The translations under genes were made by a program, and so were the position numbers. Of a stretch of 64,000 bases of DNA, positions 37,101-51,146 are shown piece after piece. The notes beneath the pieces are model-generated. The model was given only the letters and a program-made list of their open reading frames with translations. It was not told the DNA's origin and searched no databases. The stretch lies in contig CM120641.1 in NCBI GenBank assembly GCA_051362555.1, forward strand, positions 4,526,001 through 4,590,000, written 5' to 3'. Numbering within the stretch: position 1 is the stretch's first letter; each line of letters starts with the position of its first letter. This DNA comes from Lingula anatina. Taxonomy: Eukaryota > Animalia > Brachiopoda.

Positions 37101-40100
37101 CACGACCCTCTAGGAACCCTTGGCTATCATACAAAGATATATATTGACTTAGAATCTCGTTTCCTAGCTCCAAGTAATCATATAAATCAAAGAAAGTAGT
37201 AAAAAGAACTTGAGTACATAAACCTGCTTCTCAGCTGTATCGAGTTAGAGGGTTTCCTTGAAAATCGCTGGGAAATAGTTCACGGGTCAACGCAAGAAGG
37301 CAGGTAGAATTGTCAATTAAAACTGTGATGTGGCATGCTTAGAATTCACTTCTCTCATCTGCCTTTTTAAATTGCACTTTGAGTGTTTCTGAATGGTTAT
37401 TTGGTTGTTTTTGTATTGAATCCCTCTCCCTTTATTGGACCTGGACTGGCTAACCCTTGTGTACATACGCACGTCATTTGTACCCCCTTAACACTAACGT
37501 TAACCTCCACGCGTTCATACGTAGACATTGCATAAACATTAAATCACTCTCAGGGTCACTTCAACGCCATCTGTGGCATTGATGGATACGAACCATCTTT
37601 TCTGAGAGACGTGTTGTTATCTCTTTATCATTGATTGTTCAGTTAAAGTAAAGTTAAAGCTATGAATTACGTGCCTAAAGGTACCCTGGCATTTGTAGGG
37701 CTCACCTTTAATAGTGAGTTAAATGGTAAAATGTTTGGACCTTTGCACTCATTAGCCGTTCAAAGGCTGTGCACTGAAAGCTATCGTGTCTAAACATATA
37801 TTAGGCGCTCACTATTTTTTTCTCTTTAGTGTCATCATTCAACTTCTTTTTGCACAGTTGATGTGTTTTTCCTCTGCCGTGAACATTTCTGTTTTTAAAC
37901 AGCAGTGAATCTTGGGGATTTTGCATGTTTTCGCGTGATGCTAATTCGTTACATTTGAAAACACTAATTTAAACCAACTGCATTTTGAATCTTAATGCGA
38001 AAAAAATAACATGGTGGTTTTGAGTAAATATTCAGACTTTAAGTTTGTTACGTCAAAGGGCAGAACCAATGCTAGGGAGTGCCAGTTTCGGAAAGAGATG
38101 AATCACAACAGTCGACAGATATGACCATATAGGTGGAAGATATCTCATTTAAACGGTTTCTTTGGTAAACCTATTTCCAAATGTTACGTTTTTTCTGATG
38201 TACCGACAAAAATGGACCAATCGACGACTGATTTGATCGGACCAGCAGCCGATAACTTCATTAGCAAGAGATAGAAGTAGTGGAGAATAAATCAGGAAAA
38301 CGCGTCTGGAAAAGTGCTTTTGCTGATAACGCTCCTTCACCCACGTAGCCAAACGTACTCCAACCGCCAAGACTATCACTCGGCTTTCTCGTACGCCGGA
38401 AGAGGTTATGTTTTCACCTTTGCCTCTGGACGGAGATGGCACTGATCAGTGTGCCACGATCGATGTTGATAAACCACCGGTGGTTCCTCTTAACTTCACG
38501 GTTTACCTGTAGTGATTAAGCACATGATAAGAGTCAGAGTCGCACGCTGATGTATTACCTTCGTGAGACTGCCACCAACTACGGTAATACATGACAGCCA
38601 CTTGGGCTTCTCCAAACTACTGACACACAGAGCGGAAATTAGTGGTGGCTCAGTGGTGGCTACTTCCATGGAATTTTTTTTCTTTAATCATTGGGGGATT
38701 TAGGTAAGGCATTGCGATCCTGTCTATTTGCCGAAAGCGTTTTCGTTCACCTGCGGAGCTGGGCACCCCTGTAGTTGTTCTGGCTCCTGGACCGCGGAAT
38801 TTTGACCGGTCGCCCTGATACGTGCACCAACAAAGGAGAGGTATATAAGGAAAATTAGTTATCAATATAAACAAACAGCGTGGCCAGGAACTGTGAACCG
38901 AATCTATGATGTACCAAAAGGGAACCCACCCAGAGGGACACACTAGGTATAAAAGATAAAGGAGACAGCTTTATGCCGAAGTTTCATGCCAGAGGAAAGA
39001 CGAAGTGGTCCGTGCTCCGGATGGTGACATGGCCTTTCTGAAGTTTATTTTTCACGGGTGTGTACAAGGTTAAAACAGTTTCCACGGTAAAGGTATGCGT
39101 GTGTGTCAATGTAGGACTCTTGTTCATAATTTCTAGAGCGTCTTAATGTTTTTTTTTGTTTTTTTTTTTGTTTTGTTTTGTTTTGTTTATCTAATATTAC
39201 CAATGGCATGCGAATACAATTTAACCATCTGCTTGTAGCGACTTCGTTTTCTAGGAAAAGTAGTGTAGCCGGTAAAATATAAATTTTTTGCATCAAGATT
39301 AAAATTTCAGCCAGGAAAATTCTAATACGTTATTTCCTACCAGTGGTTTGATTAGATAAGTGCACTCAAGAAGTAATTACGAAAAAAAAACATTTATTCT
39401 AAAGATGTGACATATTCGCCCTTTTTCCTTTTCCTTATGTTTTCCTGCGAAATTAAGTGCCAGAGGAATTTCTAAGAAGCTTAACGTGAACGTTACGTAA
39501 GCCATGATTACCAGGGGTGAAAATCTAAAACGAAAAAAGTTCATTTATAACAAGATTCGACTTTTTCTCATCGTTGAGATTCGTAATTTTTCAAAACTTG
39601 AATACTTGAAGGGTTTACGTCTTTACAGATATGAAATAAATTACCCCGCCCAGGCAATTAATAAACTAACGAGTTCATTTTGAGTTGTTTCAAAATAAAG
39701 CCTGTTAATCATCAATTGAGTTTGGAGCAAAGACAGAGCAGGGTCTAGCCGAAGCTTACATAACTTCCCATAAAAGTAGTTTTTCCGCCAAGTTACAGAT
39801 TTCAGGATGCGTTCACCCTCTAGACAGTGGAGCAGGTTAATTGATGGTTTGGCAACCATTAAGTTAGGAAAAGAAGCATTGACATTTAGCATGGGATCAG
39901 TCGTAGTTCTCCCCAGTATGATTATATCTATCATACGTTTAAGGTTTGACAACTCGGTTCATTTAAAAGACTGAAACCTACCTGGAGATATAATCATCTC
40001 CAGATCCCGTCTGTTCCTCAGGCGGATACCTGCAGTACCTTGTGGTAAAGTGCTGAGCATTGACGTTAAAAGTGTGAACAATCTGAGCGTTTGCTTAGTG

Positions 40101-43100
40101 AATGACTTGTAAAGTCTTTTGGATATAGGCACAACCGCCAAGCAACTACAGAGGTAAGAATTAAGTGGGTTCATGTTATCCGCGTTCAAAAAATCAATGG
40201 AAGCTGTAATAAGATAACAATAACAGTGCGTTTTATACACGTATGTCTTTTTTGCGAATATTTTCACTTGTCGGTGGCATTAAAGTTCGGCATAGATAAA
40301 TTTACAGAGCTTATATTTACTTCTTTAAATGTGATGTTTGATTTTTACGCTTATAATAGAACATGATAGAACTTATAATGTAATATAATAGAAATTTTGT
40401 TAGTTTTTACAAAACAAAACAAAACTTCCAGTTCTGCGAATTTTTTAAAGAACTAACGTCAGCACCTTTTTTTTGTCAGTTTCTTCCATGCCACGGCATA
40501 CTGCTGTTTGACATTGGAGATGTTGACGTTCGGTTAGCAATGCATGTGCACCGTCATGACTCTTTTTTTTTGACATTTTCCCAGATATGTTACGTATAAT
40601 TCGATAAGGTTTTCACCTGGATTCGCTGTAGGTCGCTGTAGGTCATACTGAGAAAATTATGCATTTATTTTAAAGAGATTAAGAAGAAAATGGCCAGAAA
40701 GGAGCTGTTGTCTTGGGTGTAAATGTAGCATTTTAATATACACACTTAGTTTTCCCCTGTGGAGCGCGAGCCCAACAGGTGCGCCGGTCATCACTAATGA
40801 GGAGGTTAATTAAGGAGCTCCACGCCTTTCGCACCGTATCTTGCCTAGCAGTGTCATAAATGTATACCTTCACTGCCCAGGTGCTAACTAAAGAAGCAAA
40901 TCTATAAATATTAGTTTCATCTAACACACACATTCGTCATCACGCGTCTCTTTTTCTTTCAACAATCTCTCTTGAAATAAAACCGATGCCAATCTGTTTG
41001 GAAATTTTACAAGTTTTTCCAATTATGAATAGGTGAGTAAGATTGGCACACCTTATGAAGTTCGAGTCCGCTTCTTTGAAGAACAGAAAATGACTGTGCA
41101 AGTAAAATTATTAGATAAGCAGTAACAGTGAACTGTTCAGTTATGGTTAAGCCTCAAGGCAATAGATACTTCTTCTAAAAACAAAGTACCTTGACCTTTG
41201 ACAAATTTGCAAGAAAAAAATCTGAACAAACGGACATGCTCTGATATTTTCCGTTTACAATAATTTTATTACCTTTCTCGTTAAATTTGGCATTGTTTTC
41301 ACCTCTTGGAAAAGAGTATAGCTATGTGGCAGAAGGTGTTAATTCTGTTCAAAGTAATTGAGAGAGATTTTTAAAACAGAATATAAAACCAAAAGTTATT
41401 CCACATTCAGGTACATATTTGCCACGCCCTCAAATATGTTATGTATCCCAGATATCCCAGGATGTGCGCGCCTTGTTTTTCTTCCTGTGGTTTAAGAGGA
41501 ACATAGATCATACCTGCCGCTGTTTAGAGCACCCTCTTTTTACTTAGTTCTGAACAGAGTGCTAGGTCACCTATTGTTACTGTATAAGGCCGTGGCCTTG
41601 AAAGGACCGCCCAGGAATACAATAGCATTTCATGGGGATGTAAAAATTCCCGACGAACGCCAAGCATAACACGAAAGGCTGTTGTTCGTTTAAATTTGGA
41701 GTTTTTTACGTAACCTTTTTCTTGCCGTTTTCTAAGTGTTTGGGAAGAGCGATGGTCAACTGCCTGTGAAGCGATCAATTGTGGTCTGGTTCCATTAACC
41801 TCTTGTTGTTTTTCCGTTAGGTCTTGTTTCCGGGCACTTTATTGTTAATAGGGGGTGGGGCGAAAATATGCGTTTACCTTTGAGCTATAACATTATTAGA
41901 AGTCTGGTTTTCTTATAGGCAGTACACCCCGTGAATTAATCAAACGCTAGAACAACAGTTCCAAATATAATTTTCTCTAATTGCCGTTTGAGCTGCTTAT
42001 CTCATAAGAGCTTTCATCTATCCGTCACTTTGTGAAAGTGCGGAAAGTGAATTACGAAGGTTGTGCTGTCTTACATTATTGAGGCAATGAATTTTGTTGT
42101 TGTTGTGAGTTTTGATTTTATAATGATCAAACTACGACTTTGGGCAATAAAATGTGTATTCTTAATTCTGATTAAAATCGGTGATGATCGATAGTTAAGA
42201 GTTTTATGAATGCTGGCGCGATGGAAGTCTTGAAACATGCTTTAGCGTTATACAAATAGTGCAAGCAAGATTGGAAATTACAGAGCAAGACATAGAGAAT
42301 ATGACACCTGCACTGTGCAAGATGTACAGCGTACCAATGCTTGATATTTGCAATGGAATCCCCCTTCCACTTAAACCTTTACATGTAAACCCATGCGTCA
42401 TCTCGTTTGAAGTAATTTTGGAAGCGGTACAAATGAAGGAATAGAAGGAAATTGGGGAAAATAAGACACGTGACGCAGAGATTGAAACTTATTTTATAAA
42501 TCAAGGCGCAGGACTATTTTATTTTAAAATGGAAGAAAATGCAGGTCCACAAAGTAATATATTTTGAATACAGCAAAACATGATATATTTGATAAGAAAA
42601 CGTTTACTATGTAAAGTATCGCCTTCATATTACGAATTGTAACGAGTTTTCCGTTCATTTCCAAATCATTGACTTCTAATTTTCTTTAACATGCATCAAT
42701 TGATGAGTAAGATAACTTAAGAAGACATTGAGAATAGTTTGAGTTTTTCCTGTTTGGATTCAATTTATTTAACACCGTGAGAAAAAATCTTCAATTACAC
42801 CATGTCAACAGTCGGCCCTTTTCAGTGATTTTAATGTCACCTCAGGGCGTTTCATCCATCAGTTACAATGAACGTTTTTTCATTCCTTTTTTTACTATAC
42901 ACTGTTGACTATTGAAACTTTTTCAACTTGCGGCCCTAGGACCAAAAACTGTATGAGAAATATACTTTCGAATTCCATCCAGTATTTTTTTTGCACAAGC
43001 TTTCTTGTAATGTAACAAAAGATTGGCGGTGACTCGAAGTTAATAGCAATACGTGGTTTCTACAACATCAACATTCCTTCTTTTAATTTCAAACATTGTG

Positions 43101-46100
43101 CATAGTAAATATTGAACACAATTTAAATTGTGAAAAGACGCATGGCATATCAATTGCTTACTAAAACACACTGCTTTCACTGATTGTTTATAGGTGCAAA
43201 CTTCCCAATGAGCTAATTCCCCAAAGCGGAGATGTGATTAATCTTTTCTTTTGTTGAAAAGAAACGTTGAGGCAGTCGTATGTATAACTGTTAGTTTTCC
43301 GGCGATTTTCCGCATGATTACGTGCATTCGAACAGAATAACATTGGACGCCATTATGTTATTTCTGTAGGTTTTGGATAGTAATCTCGTAACTGGCTGAG
43401 ATTTCGCCATGTTGATGAATCATGTCTTCTGTCGGGTTTAAGAACAGTCATCTCAACGTTTGCTTCACTTAAGGTGTTTGGATGATGATCTCAATGAAAA
43501 TTTGCTCAGGTCAGTATTGAGTCTCTTTGCTCCAGAAAGCATTTGTAAAGACTAAAACAGGTGAGTTCGGCTCCTTACCTGAGAAACAGAATGGAAAACG
43601 TAAACAGTATATAGTACTAAAAGATTCCTTGTAGGTCGACGGCGTTGTGGAAGCAATAGCTTTCCTGATGCGATAGATGCGAATGGCAGAATACTGTACT
43701 CTATCGATCTTGCTGAGAACCGAGCTGGTAGTGCTGCTATATAATTGTGCTGTGTCTTGATCAATGACTGGATGGCGGGGGTTTTAAACTACTGTATGTC
43801 ATGTTATTAATTAGCTTAAGCCAGTTGTTGGGTTACATTTGGACGCTTTCCCCATCTTTTATGTTGCTATGGTCTGGCGATAAACCAGTTTATATAGTAA
43901 TAAATCCGTATGTTATTGAAGGAGATGTCGTCGGTTTGTGTAGAACGTGCCAGAGGGGCATTGTAGGCTGGGGGTATGGGGCATCTGCAACACACCCTCC
44001 TCTGGTAGCAGAAGAAAGCCTGTGGGTTGGCTGTAAAATAATGATACTAATAGTCAACACTGTTCTTAGGATAAAAAACCAACTGAAGAGCAACACCGTG
44101 CCTGTTGTCTTGAAACGATAGACGGATTCACAGCAGCAACAGCATTATTATGTGTCTGTTATCATGTTATATTTGATATTCACGTAATCATAATTTATCA
44201 TAACCAAGGTTATGATAACAAGTACACGTGTTAGTGTGAGTTGGGAGGGGGGGAGGGGTCAGAGCTTAAAGTGCGTTGACTAACGCCAATTGAGAGCATG
44301 ACTAAAAAGTCTATCTTGTCTTTTCTCCTCATTTGGCCTGCTTGCTCATCTCCATTACACGGGTAGTTAGCTCTCTAATATCATGTACGAACACATAACC
44401 TGGGAGACATTCATCAAATATTGGCGGAAGTTAGACTCATTAGAGGTAAGACAATGTAATATTATAAGCCCTCAAGCTGCTGACAGACTCTAGAAGATTT
44501 GTAAAAGTGATCGATTTTTAATCACAGCCACAGGTTGTAACCAAATTGACGAGTGAGAAATGACCTTACGCTGCGTTCTGTTTTTTTATTTTTTTCGCCA
44601 CGCGATACTTGTTTTAGAAGCAGTATTTGCTGTCGGGATGTCGCCGCGCATCGTAACGGATTAGTCCTAAGAGACGTATAGGGTTTTCGATATCGAAGCA
44701 ATGATCATCCATGACTCCTGATCACGACATTTTATCCTCATTCATAATTCAAGGATATCATATCTACCCTCACAAAACAGAACAGTCAAACACGGAGCGC
44801 TTTGTTTGCTACACTTTCAGACAGCACCCCGGTTTTCGATTCATTTTAAGCCCCTAATCAATAATAAACAAAACAACGCATTTCAATAGCATCACTTATA
44901 ACTCATCCCGTTTGAAATGTCTCCATTTAAATGTTTAGATGGTGCATTTCTGATGGCGAGGATCGATAGCTCGGCAGCTGTGCATATTACAGCTATTGGC
45001 CAGCTTAGGCTCAGATAAAGTACACAACATATTTATCGATATACTTTTCAATGGGCATGTGGACATTTCTCTCAAGCAAGATGGAGGTTATAGACTTCTC
45101 AATACGATGTCTTCTACCCTCCGTTATTACGATACCTCCTATCGCCTGCTGCCACAGATAATTCTTGAAGAGATTTTGTTAATCTTATTTAAAGTTGCCT
45201 GTTTATGTTACAATGCCTCATCGCCTTAAAGAAACTCGTCGAAGCAATCCGCCTCACGCCAAGTCGGGGGAAAGGTAGAGTATCGCCTTTATTTTAACAA
45301 GTCATAACAAACAATTGTGCAAATAGTCGTCTTTGTTGGTGTATTTTACAAAAGCCATATGCCATTCGTTGCCATAGGGATTACGGAGAACCTCAAGTAT
45401 CCCATGGGTTTCATTAAAACTTTCAAATGTGGGGGTTAATCAGCCAATTCTTATGATTACTTGCCAAAAGCCACAGTGTTATGAATCAACGGTAGATTAC
45501 AGCAGCCTGCATTTGGCAATGAGATGGGCCTTGGCGTAAATTATATTCAAACTTTGAGTCGATATAGACAATTTGATGCTTTAGTTATAAAGATATGTTA
45601 TAAAATTAATAAAGAATATTTTATCAACACGTGCATCTATTACATTGTTGTGATTTTTCTCCAATCCATCATGGCGGCCCTGTCTTAATGGATCCCCATG
45701 GCTGGACACCATCAGGGGTCTCCTCTGCTCCCACACTCTTTTTATAACAATAGGAAGCAGTGAGATAATCCAGTTTGTATCGAAATTAACACACCCCGTT
45801 TCGCACCATTCTCTGTGCCGGTCGAAGGTTTAAAAAGTGAAGCACAGTGGGTTTCTTAGCGGTACTCTAAGCAGAAACACACCAGTGGACACATGGGCTC
45901 AGGATGAAAATGCCTTGATCCTCGAAACTAAGAATGTTTAAAACAACAACACCTAATAAAACCCAAGCAGAGACATGTTTTTCTTTTAAGCTGCCTTTCG
46001 AAATGTATTATTTTCTCATTTAAACTGATTTAAACTGGACTGCCGTTGCTGTACCCATGCGTCTGGTACGTGTCGCGGTCTCGTAAGTATTGGTCAGGTA

Positions 46101-46365
46101 TTGTGGAGACAAAATGTTTTTGGGATTTCCGACCGGTGCTGCTCTTGCGACACAAGCTCACAAAACTGTCAATGGGAAGCATTCCTCCAGGTAAAACTGA
46201 TAGATAGCTACGACTGCCAAGACTGGTCATAGTATGAAACAAGTAGTATTTTTCTCTTTAACATAAGGCTTGGTGTTCGTGGTGTTTCTTGGTCAGATTG
46301 GATGGGCGTAAGGTCCGAAAAACGGACTTTGGGTGCGTTTTTGATGTGACACAATAGCATGCTGA

Positions 46366-46531
46366 CAGAGGCGGATTTAGACCGTCTTCTGGGTCTTTCA
46401 AAAGACGGTCGGGTTTTAAGTTACATTGACGGGTATCTAATTTTATCTGTCGGAGGACGGTCAAAAATGTAGGATATATCAACAAAGATAATTTGGAAGA
46501 CTGTCAGAATATATATCTGGATCCGCCCATG
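46366..46531. mobile_element. MITE, copy 2 of the 12744-12911 family
   Basis: CAGAGGCGGAT...ATCCGCCCATG ends; shared internal blocks gtcttctgggtctt, ttacattga, tctgtcgga, tcaacaaagataat and ggaagactgtcagaa. Confidence 0.8.
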
Positions 46532-47329
46532 CTTGAAGTGATTTTTAAGAGGAGGCTTACATGTTTGTTTTATGAAATTAACACTATTAATAGCCAGAAT
46601 AACAGAATACAGCCTGTGTATAATGCTGGTATTTGTTTTTCATTTATACTTCGCAGCTAAAGATTGTATCCCAAAATATGATTTATCGTTGCTAATGCTA
46701 TCAGGATTAAACTTTTATATATCGTTTATTCAGGTAAAACTCGGGTATGAATTGTTCGTCGCATCTTCGCTGTGTTTGACTGGCCGTTTGCAGCATTTTA
46801 ATTTTTAGGGAGCGAATAATGACGACAAATACTGTTTTGTGAGAAATTGATAGCATGTTGATATAACCTTGACGGAATTTTAAAAAGAGGACCGCGGAAG
46901 AATCATTGCGCTTGTACGCGTATTTTTCTTTCACTTGTTTTTTTATTGTTGTGCATTCCTCCTAACAGCTTACATAATTTTCCAGTATTTGCTTTTCTGT
47001 TACTTTATTGGCATTTTCTCTGCTACGAAACGAACTATTAAGTCGTTCAACATCAAATGCTTCGGAAAAAAAGAGTTTAATTTCCGTTTCGAAAGTGACT
47101 GCCACGTTTGTTGTCTACGTTCGAAGGCCCACTTCCGCGTCTGTGAGAAATTAATGAAGCGGGTTTTGTAACTTTATGTATCATAACATCACTGACATCT
47201 TGATGTCAATAAATCCTGGGCATTTTTGGGTGAAGGACTATTGACCTCTTCCTATAATCTATGTTTTGAAAGAACCATATCAACATTACAAGTAGCAGGT
47301 ATTTTGGGAAAGTATTGTAAACCGCCATC

Positions 47330-47343
47330 ATTATTTATTTATT

Positions 47344-47397
<54 letters not shown>
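47330..47397. repeat. (TTTA)n/(TAT)n microsatellite
   Basis: Read directly. Confidence 0.9.
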
Positions 47398-50300
47398 TTT
47401 TAATGTAAATGTGTACTCTTTATGATAATGTTCCATATATTGAATGAAAAAAACCTGCCCTTGCTATTTTAATTTTCCATGTATTTAATGAAAACTTTCA
47501 TCTTATAATGACCATTTTTATGTATTGAAAAAAATTAATCCTTTTTATCTAGGACCATTTTTCATGAAAAATTTTGCTCTTACTTAATAATTTTTAAAAA
47601 TGTATTTAAATAAAATCCCATGTATGCCTGTTGGTTTAGACTCATGTAGTACCAAGCAAAGGGTAATTTTTGCAGCTGTGGGATAAAAACTATCATTTGT
47701 TCATGAGGTGCATTCGGTATACAATTGATTCGCGTCACCCGTTGTTGTTTCAATTTTACGACTGTCTTACCCCTTTGTTAGTCAACCAGAAACATTCGAC
47801 AAAGATCGCCCAACAATCGTAGGCTAAACGATCTTATAAAAATTGAGAAAATCGATGAAAAACAAGTCTCCGAATGAATGTTTTCTGACTTTTGCCCGCG
47901 CACCTGCGTCTTGTATCCCGTTTCAGTTACCTCTAGGGTCAGTAACAAAAGAACCACTCAGCGCACAACTCACCGAATGGAGCTGGTTTATTTGACGTTG
48001 TTTAACACTGATGCAATTTTACGTGGGCTTCGTACATGTGAACGCGGTAATCGGGAATAAAATCAGGCTAATAAGTTTCAGATACATGCTTAAATAAACT
48101 TGCTTGAAATTCAGAAACAAACAACAACTCCTCTGATAATCTGGGAATTATCGATGAAGTGCGGGCCTCTGCTTTGCCTAAGAACATTATTTGCATGATT
48201 TCATAACGTTTTAAACGTGAGAGTTTGTCCGAAGTGTATTGAATAAATCATTATAGGTGTGTATATACTTGGAAATTTAACACAAAAGACATCAAATGTG
48301 GTATCTGTGTAGGCATGTATGATTAAAATTATCACTCATTCCATGAAATTACTTGTTTCTTTTCCAAAAGAATACGCATCAATTGAAAAAGTTTGGGATC
48401 AATTGTTTTTTTTCTGTTGCCCACGCGGTTGACATGTTTATTATAGAGTAGTACTTGGAATTCCTCTCATAGAAAATCGAACAACAATCGTTTTAACCAA
48501 ACATTCACATTTGCATACCAATTAATCGTGGGTGGTTTTGAAACTGAATTGTTTATAGGTTGATTCATTGAGTATATAAGCCAGCTTGCAACTTTAAAAA
48601 CTTTGCAGATAGTACGTTCCCCAGCCACCCGCAAATAATTATTGATAAAACTTTGAAAGTGTCAGCTACTCAAGGTTAACTGATATAAATGAGCACTAAT
48701 TTTTTTCGACAGAGGACACCGAAATTAGCTTAATCTAATCGTTAGAAGAACAGAGAAATGAGATACCTATTTTAGCAGCTGGTGCTTGAGGAGCGCGTCT
48801 CCCCACGGCATCATTTATTCAAACAAAGTTAGTATAGGTACGCAATATCAAAGAGAGCGGCATACGTTTACTTTACATATGATCGTTATCTCTGTACATC
48901 ATCCATCAAATGTGCCTCTCCCATGGGCCAGCTCTCACTAGTTGTGTACGTGTCCAAAGATATAACCATAGCACAGAGCAAGAATAACCGGAAAAATAAA
49001 ATTTGTATCAGTTTCTTTTTATGTCCTTCGTGTTCCGAAGCATGACACGAAGACATTCGGCTTTATGGATTTAGGTTTCTTCTCTCTTTCTCTCTCTGTA
49101 AGTTGTTTATTAGTTGATACGAAATGGTGAATTGTAATTATTCATATCACAACATCGTGAAAATCAATATGTGTTGGAAAATCCACCATCACGCCAGGTG
49201 ATGCTACAGATCTTCGACCGTTTTGTGCAAGAATTGCTCGCAGCGCTTCAACCAAGATTGGCACCGCGTTATCGTCTGCCTACTTCATTCTTTCCATTTG
49301 AAAAATTCTGGGATCTTACAGTCTTCTGCTATTGATTCCGCCATATATATTTCTATTAAGATGCTGTATACCTTGTTCCTTGATGAACAATTGTAGTTGC
49401 TGTCTAATCGATAGCTATTGTTTTGTATGGCACATGCCAAAAGAACACAAATATCGAAAAATTTATAATAGAAACTATCGATTCTGTCCTTCCGTATAAC
49501 AGTTATGTTTTCTGTTAAAGATTTACTGACTCATTTAATATTTTTCTTACATTTCTGTCAAATGAAATGGGTGTAAAGAATCTTGGTCTTTCATCTTTGA
49601 TTACTACGACCGCGGGTTGGAAGATGAGGGGATTATCCGGTGCACTTATAAATAGATTTTATAACTGTAAAACTTTTTCATGATTCATAAAATTGCCATG
49701 ACTAATTTTCATATAAACACATCCACGCATGACGCCTTAGTTAGACACTCCAATCGCCTACTCGCCATCGCCCGATGAATAAATGATAAACAAATATTAA
49801 TTGCTAAGGAGATTTCCAATAGAAATGGTATCTAAAATTTGTATGACAGCTCAGAATACTGGTGACAACGTAGTCGTTTAAACTCGGTCCGTGTCTTTTG
49901 TTGAAAGATTACCTATGCTCTGCCGTTATGTATATAAACCTGTTACGGTTATGCACATAACGGCACAATGCCATGGAATATGTAGAACGAAGCTGATTAA
50001 AATGCGTATTGAAATCGAAATTTCTATCCCGTTGCTCATAACGCCTGAATCAACGCTTATGTTTACATTAGTACACTTTATGCATAATGCATATTTGAAA
50101 TCGTCCCTTCAACATAAAGCGTATTGTTTGAGGAAAGGGCAGGCTGTTAAGGATCTTTAAAATTTCAGCGCTGGGAAACAGATGCTATTATATCGGTATC
50201 CTATCTGGCGCACTTGTGAGTAAATCGATGATGAGCCCCGAGTTTGATCTTGCGTAAAGAAGGGACATCGATGGTATTAGAAAAGGCCTCGCATTCTGGA

Positions 50301-50542
50301 GCTTACTCTGCTGTGTTTTAACGCTGATATCGAAGCCTTTCAGAGCGCAAACAATGCTATTGAAAATCAAACACAATAAGAGCTATTATTGGTGTTTGCC
50401 AAGCCCAAAGCTTTTCACTGGGGATCCATTGGCAGTGTGAGAACAGCAGCGAACCGACGGTCCACAACTCTTGACGCTAGGAAACTCCCTGTTCAAGAAG
50501 AAGGAAATTTAGATCTTTTCGCGTTCCTTAACAAGCAAATGG

Positions 50543-50697
50543 ATGGCTCGCAATCGCGGTCGTGCTGACGCTGCTGCTGGACATAACCGACCGAAAGTCC
50601 GGAATCTCGTTAATCTTCACAAAGAGCGACACAAACCACACGAAAATGCATCTGAGGCGCATGCTGCGGGAGTCGCTGGTCTAGCTCTCGGATTCGG
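50543..50697 (+). CDS. Candidate alternative first coding exon A of the innexin (or conserved uORF micropeptide)
   Basis: MARNRGRADAAAGHNRPKVRNLVNLHKERHKPHENASEAHAAGVAGLALGF then GG|GTAGGA (phase 2). In-frame stop upstream of the ATG; paralogous to 50995-51146. Confidence 0.68.
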
Positions 50698-50994
50698 GTA
50701 GGACACGGGTGTTAGTAGAGAGAGAAGAAATAGAAGAAAATAGTTAGTAGTTTCCCACTCGATCACTTGCTCATTAAAACACTTTGATACTAACCCAAAT
50801 GAGTGGTAGTCGCCAAACTAACCGCACCATCGTTCGTTAAACAGAACAACCGTGTGATGACAGAGCCAGTGTATTGATCGGTGAACACTTATTGGTCAAA
50901 ACAAGTGGAATTAATATTTTTACTAACACAGGCAGCCACACGTTAGGATCTCGCATGGCATTCCGGACTCATCTGCTGGCCGACGTTTAATAAC

Positions 50995-51146
50995 ATGGGT
51001 CGGAATCGCTGTCGGGCTGACGCGGTCGCCGGACATCATCGCTCTCGGATTCGCGGACAACACATGCACCCCCACAAGGAGCGTGTTAGAGAGTCGGACG
51101 AGGGCTGGGGAGTTCACGCTTTAGGTCTAGTCGCTGGCTTTGCAGG
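50995..51146 (+). CDS. Candidate alternative first coding exon B of the innexin (or conserved uORF micropeptide)
   Basis: MGRNRCRADAVAGHHRSRIRGQHMHPHKERVRESDEGWGVHALGLVAGFA then GG|GTATGA (phase 2). 13 of the first 20 residues identical to exon A, with several synonymous differences. Confidence 0.7.

Noticed and set aside
50684-51053. Identical 13-mer GCTCTCGGATTCG in both candidate exons as a regulatory motif
   Set aside because: Occurs at non-homologous positions and in different reading frames of the two ORFs; no independent support for function.
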